Origin: Candidatus Sericytochromatia bacterium
GTDB lineage: Bacteria > Cyanobacteriota > Sericytochromatia > S15B-MN24 > UBA4093
Direction: 5' to 3'
Assembly: GCA_036676495.1 (NCBI GenBank)
Contig: JAKFCT010000103.1
Location: forward strand, 1-21,611
DNA length: 21,611 nucleotides
Of the stretch, positions 1 to 7,485 are shown one piece after another. Under the pieces are notes generated by a model. It was not told the DNA's origin, ran no database searches, and saw nothing but the letters and a program-made list of their open reading frames with translations. Each line of letters begins with the position of its first letter. Position 1 is the stretch's first letter. The position numbers were made by a program, and so were the translations under genes.

Positions 1-285
1 GCCAAGGCCGTCGCCGATGGCTCGCTCGAGGCCGCCAAGGAGGTTGTGAATACCATTTCGGAAGAGGGTAAGAAGACCGATTTCTTCGGGATGGCGACCC
101 GCATGACGATGGATTCGCTCTCGTCCCTGCGCAATCAGGTGGACCTCACGCTCGAGACCACCAAGTCGGTTTCCAACCGGCTGATGCCCCTGGCGACCAC
201 CACTAAGCCGGTGGCCACCCGGGCGCCGCAGGTGACTCGCGTCGAGATCGAGCAGGAGAAGCCCTCCAAGGCTTCGAAGTCCTAG
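1..285 (+). CDS. Hypothetical protein, 3' part only (5' end lies outside the window)
   Basis: Frame 1 is open from base 1 (AKAVADGSLEAAKEVV...) to TAG at 283-285, has GC3-rich codons and is followed by a strong terminator. No family motif recognised. Confidence 0.7.
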   Translation, partial: AKAVADGSLEAAKEVVNTISEEGKKTDFFGMATRMTMDSLSSLRNQVDLTLETTKSVSNRLMPLATTTKPVATRAPQVTRVEIEQEKPSKASKS

Positions 286-343
286 CCAAGCCGCGCCGAC
301 CGCGAGACTCCACCCGGAGCCGCGCGGGAGGCGCGATGGGGTG

Positions 344-373
344 GGGCCGGTCCCTTCGGGGACCGGCCCTTTT
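344..373 (+). terminator. Rho-independent terminator
   Basis: Perfect 11-bp stem GGGCCGGTCCC/GGGACCGGCCC with a C(TTCG)G tetraloop, followed by TTTT. Confidence 0.85.
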
Positions 374-591
374 CGCATGCACGTTTTCCGTTTCTACGTT
401 GCGGGGATCGGCTCCAGATGCGGTTTTTACGTGGGATCATTTCCGTGGACCGGCTCTAGGAGCGACGTTTCGGGATTGAGTAGGGCGTAAATGCAGTAAT
501 AATCCGTATTTAGGCGGCCGCGATTCGGGGTATATGGTCAGCGAGGCCCTGGCCATCTGTAACCCGAGCCAGGCAACTTTGGTGGAGACCC

Positions 592-1272
592 ATGCAAGCA
601 ACCTATTCTTCGGCGGCCGGCGCCAATCCCGCCCCTTCCACGCCCGGCTTGACCGACATGATCCGCGTCTACGAGACCTGCCTGCGCATCCGCGCCGTCT
701 CCAAGCAACAGCTCGCCCTTTCGGAGGACATGGCCCTCATCGCCATCAACGCCGAAATCGCGGCGGCCAAGTCCACGACCAACCAGGAAGCGTTCATGAT
801 CCTGGCGAACGAGACCGGCAAGATCACCCAGCACATGAGCGATCACGTCTCCACGGTCCTGGATCACTCCGAGAAGCTCGCGCGCCAGGCGCTGCTGGGG
901 GTGGTCAACGCCCGGCGTCTCGCCAAGATCGCGTTGGGACTGGCAGGCATTCGCCGCGCGGAGCACGCCCGCCCCGTCGAGCGGCTGGCGAAGCAACTCG
1001 ATGAACACCTCGCAACCCTCATGCGGGAGATCGTCGGCAATCAGACGGATATCGAGACCGTCCGGCAGGCGCTGAGCAAGCAGAACCAGCGGGTCTCCCG
1101 CATCATCACCTACTTCCGCATCGAGGCCAGCCGCGACGCCGATCATGGCAGCTACTTCCGCAACATCGCGGAGGACCTCAACGCCCTGATCACCGAGGCC
1201 CAGACCGTTTCCAAGGAGTTGCAGGACGTCCTGAATGGCACCGGCTCGGCGCGCCGCGCCGATGCCGCCTAG
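592..1272 (+). CDS. Soluble chemoreceptor-like (MCP signalling-domain) protein with no sensor or transmembrane domain
   Basis: LIAINAEIAAAKSTTNQEAFMILANETGKI aligns with the MCP hairpin-tip consensus [30 protein letters not shown]. Helical, no TM segment, GGAG RBS upstream, adjacent to an ODP-type gene. Confidence 0.75.
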   Translation: MQATYSSAAGANPAPSTPGLTDMIRVYETCLRIRAVSKQQLALSEDMALIAINAEIAAAKSTTNQEAFMILANETGKITQHMSDHVSTVLDHSEKLARQALLGVVNARRLAKIALGLAGIRRAEHARPVERLAKQLDEHLATLMREIVGNQTDIETVRQALSKQNQRVSRIITYFRIEASRDADHGSYFRNIAEDLNALITEAQTVSKELQDVLNGTGSARRADAA

Positions 1273-1301
1273 CGTAAACGTCGCGAGAAAGAAGGAACCC
1301 A

Positions 1302-2087
1302 ATGATTGGCAAGGTGCTATTCGATGATGGGCAGCATAAGTGGATGGTTCTGGCTCGTGACCCGGATAAACCGGGCGCCGTCATCGATACCAACGAGTAC
1401 ATCGTGGTCAGCCACGGCGACGCGTTGATCCTGGATCCGGGCGGCACGGAGATCTTCCCCCCGGTCCTGGCCGCCGCCTCGGACCTGCTCGACCTGTCCC
1501 AGATCACGACCTTCTTTGCTAGCCACCAGGACCCCGACGTCTTCTCCTCGCTGCCCTTGTGGCTTGGCATCTGCCCGAAGGCCAAGGCCTACGTGCCGAA
1601 AGTCTGGACCGGGTTCATCGCCCATTACGGCGTCGAGTACGTGGAGACCTTCGTTCCGATTCCCGATGAGGGCGGGCCGCTGCCCATCGGCACGCGGGGC
1701 CGGACCCTGGAGATGGTGCCGGCGCATTATTGCCATGCCTCCGGTAACTACAGCGTCTACGACCCGCACGCCAAGATCCTCTTCTCGGGGGATATCGGGG
1801 CCGCCCTCCTGCCCGAGGACGCTCAGGATCTCTTCGTGCAGGACTTCGAGCGCCATACCCAGTTCATGGAGGGCTTCCACCAGCGCTGGATGCCCTCGAA
1901 CGAGGCCAAGAACGCCTGGGTCCGCCGGGTGCGCCAGCTCGACGTCGAGCAGCTCTGCCCCCAGCACGGCGCCATTTTCCGCGGAGAGCAGGTCAAGCTC
2001 TTCCTCGATTGGTTGGAAGCCCTGGAGGTCGGTGTGGCCATCCGGCACGTGGAGCCTCAAGCCGAGGCGGCGAAAGCGGGAAGCTAA
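1302..2087 (+). CDS. Oxygen-binding di-iron protein (ODP)-type MBL-fold protein, stand-alone with no flavodoxin domain
   Basis: Motifs DTNEY, LDPGG, SHQDPD, AHYCHASGN, FSGDIG and PQHG; 261 aa; AAGGA RBS; directly downstream of a sensor-less MCP, the published ODP context. Confidence 0.85.
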   Translation: MIGKVLFDDGQHKWMVLARDPDKPGAVIDTNEYIVVSHGDALILDPGGTEIFPPVLAAASDLLDLSQITTFFASHQDPDVFSSLPLWLGICPKAKAYVPKVWTGFIAHYGVEYVETFVPIPDEGGPLPIGTRGRTLEMVPAHYCHASGNYSVYDPHAKILFSGDIGAALLPEDAQDLFVQDFERHTQFMEGFHQRWMPSNEAKNAWVRRVRQLDVEQLCPQHGAIFRGEQVKLFLDWLEALEVGVAIRHVEPQAEAAKAGS

Positions 2088-2902
2088 CTCCGGCGGTGGT
2101 GCAGGCAGGGAAGCTGTTCGCGGACCTGCCGCAGTCGCTCAGGGTCGATCGTGGCGATCGCCAAGCCCGCCACGTCCCCCGTATCCGCCAGCACGTGCCC
2201 CCAGGGGTCGATTGCCAGCGCGTGCCCATAGGACACGCGCTTTGCGTTGTGCCGCCCCCCCTGGGCCGGTGCCAGCAGGTAACAGGTGTTCTCGATGGCC
2301 CGCGCCCGCAGCAGGACATGCCAGTGGTCCTGGCCGGTCTTGGTGAGAAAGGCCGCCGGCACCGTGAGCAGCTCCGCTCCCTGGTCCACCAGGGCCCGGT
2401 AATGCTCGGGAAACCGCACATCGTAGCAGATGGATAGCCCCAGCTTGCCGAGCTCTCCGAGATCGGCCACCACCGGGTCGTCTCCGGGCTCGACGGTCTC
2501 GGACTCGACGAAGGTATTGCCCTCCCCGAAGTAGACGTCGAACATGTGGCGCTTCTGATAGCGCGCGATCTCTTGCCCGTCGCGCCCCATGACCACCAGC
2601 ACGTTGCGGACCCGCCGGGAGCCGGGGGCCGGCGGCGCGACGAGGCCCGCGTACAGCACGATCCCGTGCCGGCGGGCCTGAGCGCTCAGCCAGTCGAGCG
2701 CGAGGGGATAGGTCACGTCGGCCTGCTCGGCGACCTCGCGGCCGGTCTCGGCGATCTGGGGCAGGTTCTCGGGAAGCCCGACCAGCTCGGCTCCCCGGCG
2801 GACGGCCTCCGCGATCAGGCCCTCGGCCTGGCGCAAGTTGGCCTCGACGTCCGGCGTGCTCGTCATCGAGACGGCGGCCGCCAGGTAGGGGCGCGTGATC
2901 AT
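2084..2902 (-). CDS. Carbon-nitrogen hydrolase (Nit1/deaminated-glutathione amidase-like)
   Basis: Glu-Lys-Cys triad motifs LPEN, YQKRHMFDV and SICYDVRFPE; also HWHVLLRARAIEN and YGH..IDPWG. ATGA overlap with tmk. Confidence 0.9.
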   Translation of the reverse strand: MITRPYLAAAVSMTSTPDVEANLRQAEGLIAEAVRRGAELVGLPENLPQIAETGREVAEQADVTYPLALDWLSAQARRHGIVLYAGLVAPPAPGSRRVRNVLVVMGRDGQEIARYQKRHMFDVYFGEGNTFVESETVEPGDDPVVADLGELGKLGLSICYDVRFPEHYRALVDQGAELLTVPAAFLTKTGQDHWHVLLRARAIENTCYLLAPAQGGRHNAKRVSYGHALAIDPWGHVLADTGDVAGLAIATIDPERLRQVREQLPCLHHRRS

Positions 2903-3531
2903 CGCCGTGCCGGAAGCCGGCCGAGCAAGGGCTCGAGCACGGACCAGATCTGCTCGCTGACCTCGGGAATCGTGCGCGTGGCGTCGATACGCGTGAGGCC
3001 GACGGACTGGATGCCCTCGTAGACGGCTTCCACCTGCTTGAGGAAGTCCAGCTTCTCGTAGCCCAGGTTGGTTCCGCCTTCGCGCCCTTCGGAAATGCGC
3101 CGGGTGCTGGCTTCCGGGTCGATGACGAAGAGCAGGGTGAGGTCGGGAGTGGGGAAGCGCTCCTCGTTCACCCGCTGGATGAGTGCGGAGTCGAGGCCCA
3201 GGGCGCCCTGGTAGGCGATGTTGGAGAAGTAGTAGCGGTCCATGAGCACGATGCCGCCGCGCGAGAGCACCGGGACGATCGTCTCGGTCACGTCGAGCTC
3301 GCGGTCCTTGAGGAAGAGGTCGAGTTCCTCCTCGGCGGTGATGCCGATCCGGCCCTCGCGGGCGATCTGCCGGATGCGCCGGCCGTACTCGGAGTCGGTG
3401 GGTTCCTTGGTCAGGATGGCCTCGAAGCCCATGGCCCGGAGGCGATCCTGCAAGAGGGTCGCCTGGGTGGTCTTACCGGCTCCGTCCACACCCTCGAAGG
3501 CCACCAGGAGGCCTGGATAGGAATGCTGCAT
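2899..3531 (-). CDS. tmk: Thymidylate kinase
   Basis: P-loop FEGVDGAGKTTQ, TKEP, DRYYFSNIAYQG, PDLT. Confidence 0.95.
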   Translation of the reverse strand: MQHSYPGLLVAFEGVDGAGKTTQATLLQDRLRAMGFEAILTKEPTDSEYGRRIRQIAREGRIGITAEEELDLFLKDRELDVTETIVPVLSRGGIVLMDRYYFSNIAYQGALGLDSALIQRVNEERFPTPDLTLLFVIDPEASTRRISEGREGGTNLGYEKLDFLKQVEAVYEGIQSVGLTRIDATRTIPEVSEQIWSVLEPLLGRLPARR

Positions 3532-3543
3532 GCGTTTCCTCGT

Positions 3544-5067
3544 CTAGTCGAATAGGTCCACGGGGTAGACGCAGACCCGGCGGTTCGGCTCCTCGCCGAC
3601 CGACTGGCTCTTGAGTTGATAGCGCTCCACCAGCTCGTGTTGGAGGCGCCGGATGGGGGCCGTGCGGGGCTTGAGCTCGATGGTGCCCGCGCCCTCCAGG
3701 GCCTTGTCGATGGCGACGCGCGTCTCCTTGAGGGCGTCGTCCTCGTCGGAGACGTACTGGACATCCAGGTGCATGACCTCGCGAAGGCTCTTCTGGATCT
3801 GGGGGATGGTGTTGGCCTTGACGATGTAGACCGGCGTCTGCCGGTCCTCGGCGTCCTGAAGCAGGCGGCCCGCGCTCTTGACGTAGGCCTTCAGGATCAG
3901 CATGGCGTCCGCGTCCGTGAGGTTCTTGGTGATCTCGGCGGGCATCCTCAGGCTGCGGATCACCCGTTCGAGCTGCGAGCGCGAGACCGCGTACGGGAAG
4001 ATCCGGATCTTGGCGCCGGCGGTCTTCACGATGTTGGTCACGTGATGGGACGCGTCCGCGATCGGTTCCTTGAGGTACTCGATCTCGCCTTCGTCGTTGA
4101 GCTGACGGATCTCGGGGGTCGGCATGACGCCCCGCAGCATCTGGTCGACGGTGTCGGCCACGTCGCTGTGGACGGCCAGGCGATCGCGATCCTGGATCTC
4201 GATGGCGATGTCGAAGGTCGGCGGAGCCTTGCGCTCCAGGATGCTCTTCTGGGTGCCGCGCCGGCGCGCCTCCTCGTCCGAGAGGGTCACCGACTGGATG
4301 CCCCCGACGAGATCCGAGAGGGTGGGGTTCATCAGGAGGTTTTCCAGGGAGTTGCCGTGGGCGGTCCCGATCAGCTGCACGCCGCGCTCCGCGATGGTCC
4401 GAGCGGCCAGCGCCTCCTGCTCGGTGCCGATCTCGTCGATCACGATCACCTCGGGCATGTGGTTCTCGACCGCCTCGATCATGACGGCGTGTTGAAGCGC
4501 GGGGGTCGGCACCTGCATCCGCCGGGCCCGCCCGATGGCGGGGTGCGGGATGTCGCCGTCTCCGGCAATCTCGTTGGAGGTGTCGATGACCACCACCCGC
4601 TTCTTGAAGTCCGTGGACAGGACTCGGGCGATCTCGCGGAGCTTGGTGGTCTTGCCGATGCCCGGCCGGCCCAGCATCAGGAGGCTGCGGCCCGATTCGA
4701 CCAGGTCGCGGATCATGTCGATGGTGCCGCCGACGGCCCGGCCCACCCGGCAGGTGAGCCCGATGATCTCGCCCTGGCGGTTGCGGATGCAGGAGATGCG
4801 GTGAAGGGTGGCTTCGATCCCGGCCCGGTTGTCCCCGGAGAATGCGCCCACCTGGCCGACGGCATGGGCCAGGTCTTCGCGGGTGACGGGCGAGGAGCCG
4901 ATATCCTCGGAGCCGTCCGGGAAGCGTGCCTCAGGAAGCCGTCCCAGGTCCATGACCACTTCCACCAGGTCCTCGAGGTGGGGCTTGCGCCGGATGGCGT
5001 CGGCCACCTCCAGGGGCAGGATATCCAGCAGCTGAGTGAGGTTGTCCGTGGTGTTCAGGTCGGGCAT
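3544..5067 (-). CDS. Ycf45/SpoIIIAA-like AAA ATPase with C-terminal R3H domain
   Basis: Walker A GRPGIGKTT; IDTSNEIAGDGDIPHP; EAVENHMPEVIVIDEIG; GTAHG; C-terminal RRLQH...SVGEEPNRRV (R3H). Start moved to ATG 5067, which has a GGAGG RBS 6 nt upstream and lies just after the ldpA stop. Confidence 0.9.
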   Translation of the reverse strand: MPDLNTTDNLTQLLDILPLEVADAIRRKPHLEDLVEVVMDLGRLPEARFPDGSEDIGSSPVTREDLAHAVGQVGAFSGDNRAGIEATLHRISCIRNRQGEIIGLTCRVGRAVGGTIDMIRDLVESGRSLLMLGRPGIGKTTKLREIARVLSTDFKKRVVVIDTSNEIAGDGDIPHPAIGRARRMQVPTPALQHAVMIEAVENHMPEVIVIDEIGTEQEALAARTIAERGVQLIGTAHGNSLENLLMNPTLSDLVGGIQSVTLSDEEARRRGTQKSILERKAPPTFDIAIEIQDRDRLAVHSDVADTVDQMLRGVMPTPEIRQLNDEGEIEYLKEPIADASHHVTNIVKTAGAKIRIFPYAVSRSQLERVIRSLRMPAEITKNLTDADAMLILKAYVKSAGRLLQDAEDRQTPVYIVKANTIPQIQKSLREVMHLDVQYVSDEDDALKETRVAIDKALEGAGTIELKPRTAPIRRLQHELVERYQLKSQSVGEEPNRRVCVYPVDLFD

Positions 5068-5068
5068 G

Positions 5069-6073
5069 CTAGACCTCCGATTCGGACTCAACCGTCGAAA
5101 CCAGGCGGCGGGCGCGCTGGACGTCGTCGAACACTGCTTCGTCGCTCGGTGGGGTCTCGATTTTGGCCTTCATTATACTACGCGCGAAACTTCCCATCCC
5201 GACTCCCGCCAGGGGAATTCGGGCTTCGCGCGCCAGCGGCCCGGTCCAGTCGTTGGCACCCCCGGCCGCCTGAATGGCCGCGGGGATCCGGGCGGCCATG
5301 AGCGCCTGGGCAAAGCGCAGGGCGGGTTCGGTCGAGGCCTTCCCCTTGGCGCCACTGATGGGCCGGCCATCCGCCTGCACGATGATCCGCACCTCGGGGA
5401 ACCAATCGGCCACCTCGCGGGCCATCTCGGCGGCCTGCTCGACTCCGAGTTGCTCCCCGTTGACGCTCAGGGCGAAGAGGCCTCCGCGCTTCACCCACTC
5501 CTGGCAGGGCTCCTTCCAGGCGAGCAGCTCCTGGCGATCGCCCCCTCCGGTATGCAACTCCAGCGCGCGCGCGCCTTCCTGCCAGAGCGCGTCCAGGGAC
5601 GGGGCGAAGGGCCGGTGCTCCATGGCGATCGCCTCATGCGGACACGCCGGAACGCAGAGCGTGCAGCCCACGCAGCGATCCTCCAGGATCACGAGATCCA
5701 GGCCGATGGCCTCGTGCGGGCACGCCTCTAGGCAGTACGGGCAGGTCCAGGTGCAGCGCTCGGCATCCTTGACGGCGATCCCGCAGTGCGGATCGTCGGA
5801 GGCCGTCACCGAGGTCATGACGACCGGAAACGGCTCGGCAGGCAAGGTCCACGGCCCCTCCGCCCGCTGGGCGCGCGCACGCGCCGCCTGGATGCCCTCG
5901 CGGGCCGCCCGGATGGCCTCAGGAGTGGCCGCCACGTCGATCAGGCGCGCGCCGGCCAGGGTGTAAACCTCGCTCAGGTAGGCGAGTTGGCGGTAGTCGG
6001 TGAAGTTCGCTCCACAAATCAACTTGAAGTAGGGTTTGTCGGAGGCTAACAGAGGATGTAAGGTCGGGTTCAC
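5069..6073 (-). CDS. ldpA: LdpA-like 2x[4Fe-4S] protein (homologue of the cyanobacterial light-dependent period protein)
   Basis: N-terminal FKLICGA; DDPH; Cys clusters CTWTCPYCLEACP and CVGCTLCVPACP; ELHT; QADGRPISG; QAAGGAN; GVGMGSFAR. Adjacent to ycf45, as in cyanobacteria. GTGA overlap with the upstream gene. Confidence 0.85.
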   Translation of the reverse strand: MNPTLHPLLASDKPYFKLICGANFTDYRQLAYLSEVYTLAGARLIDVAATPEAIRAAREGIQAARARAQRAEGPWTLPAEPFPVVMTSVTASDDPHCGIAVKDAERCTWTCPYCLEACPHEAIGLDLVILEDRCVGCTLCVPACPHEAIAMEHRPFAPSLDALWQEGARALELHTGGGDRQELLAWKEPCQEWVKRGGLFALSVNGEQLGVEQAAEMAREVADWFPEVRIIVQADGRPISGAKGKASTEPALRFAQALMAARIPAAIQAAGGANDWTGPLAREARIPLAGVGMGSFARSIMKAKIETPPSDEAVFDDVQRARRLVSTVESESEV

Positions 6074-7485
6074 GCCATGATCCGAATCGTCTCAAGCTGG
6101 GGATCCGCTGGGCCCGCGATCTGGGCGCCGAGCGCACGCATGCTATCCAGGTATTCTACCACTTCCCGGGTGATCCGCTCGCCAGGAACGAGGGCAGGAG
6201 TGCCCGGAGGGTAGGGGCAGACGAGCTCGGCGGCGATCGCGCCCACGGCGTCTTCCCAGGCGATCGGCCGGCTCTCGGCGAAGAAGGCGTCGCGCGGGAG
6301 AAGCTCCATCGGCGGGAGGGGCGGCATGGGGGGATCGGTGCGGAGAGCGGAGGCCTCGCGGGCGCCCGCTTCCGGGGCCAGCTGTCGGCACGCCTCTATC
6401 AGCGCCTGCACGTCCGCCTCGCAAGTGCCCGGCCCCAGGAAGGCCACGACCTGGCCATGGGTGGCATGTTCGATCACGACGCCCCTTTCGGCCAGTCGGT
6501 CGGCGGCTTCGTAGCCGTCGAGGCCGGCTGCCGTGACGGTGATGCCGATCTTGAGGGGATCCCCCGGCTCGAGGACGCTCAGGCCAGGCATGGCGGCAAC
6601 CTGCGCGCGGGCCTCGGCGGCCCAGCGGAGGGGACGATCCCAGCGTTCGGACGGGGCCGTGGCTTCGTGGCGGCGGGCGGCGTCCAGGCTCGCGAGGACG
6701 AGGTAGGAGGGGCTGGTGGTTTGCAGGAGGCTGAGGGCCTTTTGAACCCGGCTGGGGTGGAGACGTGGGCCCTTGAGGTGGAGCATGGCGCCCGGCGTCA
6801 GGGCGCCGAGCATCTTGTGGGTGGATTGCACGGCGGCGTCGGCGCCCATGGCGAGCGCTGACGGGGGCAGGGCCGGGTGAAGCCCGAGATGCGCGCCGTG
6901 GGCCTCGTCGACGAGGAGGACGGCTCCGGCGGCGTGAATCCGCTCGACGTAAGGGGTGAGGTCGAAGACGTCTCCGGCGTAGCTGGGACGGGTCAAGAGG
7001 ACGGCCTTGGGGGAGTGGCGGGCGATCGCCTCCGAGAGGGCGTCGAGGTCCGGGGGGCCCCCTGTTCCGTTGCCGATGGGGGCGGGCTGTGCATATACCG
7101 GGCGTACGCCCGCCAGGATCAGGCCGCCCAGGGCGCTCATGTGGGCGTCACGCGGTAGGATCACCGTGTCTCCGGGGTGGCAGGAGGCCAGGATCATGGC
7201 GTGAAGGCCGACGGTCGAGCCCCCGACGAGGAAGAAGGTCCGGTCGGCTCCCCAGAAGTCGGCCGCGAGGGTCTGGGCTTCGGCGAGGGGGCCATGGGGA
7301 GCGTGCAGGGAGTCGAGCCCGTCGAGCTCGGTCAGGTCGAGCCGGGCGGCTGTCCGGAGCCAGGGGGCGATCTCGGCATCGAGCCCGCGGCCTCCTTTGT
7401 GGCCGGGGACGTGGAGGGGGACGGCCGCTTGGTCGAGGTGCTCCAGCAGGGCCGAGAGCAAGGGGGCCGCGTGCTGGGGGATCAG
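6070..7485 (-). CDS. PLP-dependent Orn/Lys/Arg decarboxylase (YaaO/SpeA-type, fold type I)
   Basis: HVPGHKGG, DLTELDGLD, LVDEAHGAH, PLP-lysine motif QSTHK, TTSPSY, PYPPG.P.LVPGE. Start uncertain: TTG 7461 (ORF track) or CTG 7485 (see findings). Confidence 0.9.
   Translation of the reverse strand: MIPQHAAPLLSALLEHLDQAAVPLHVPGHKGGRGLDAEIAPWLRTAARLDLTELDGLDSLHAPHGPLAEAQTLAADFWGADRTFFLVGGSTVGLHAMILASCHPGDTVILPRDAHMSALGGLILAGVRPVYAQPAPIGNGTGGPPDLDALSEAIARHSPKAVLLTRPSYAGDVFDLTPYVERIHAAGAVLLVDEAHGAHLGLHPALPPSALAMGADAAVQSTHKMLGALTPGAMLHLKGPRLHPSRVQKALSLLQTTSPSYLVLASLDAARRHEATAPSERWDRPLRWAAEARAQVAAMPGLSVLEPGDPLKIGITVTAAGLDGYEAADRLAERGVVIEHATHGQVVAFLGPGTCEADVQALIEACRQLAPEAGAREASALRTDPPMPPLPPMELLPRDAFFAESRPIAWEDAVGAIAAELVCPYPPGTPALVPGERITREVVEYLDSMRALGAQIAGPADPQLETIRIMA

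Noticed and set aside
481-540. Sigma28 (FliA) promoter for the chemoreceptor-ODP operon
   Set aside because: TAAA at 488 is not followed by a GCCGATAA-like box at the proper spacing. The region is AT-rich but I cannot assign a promoter.
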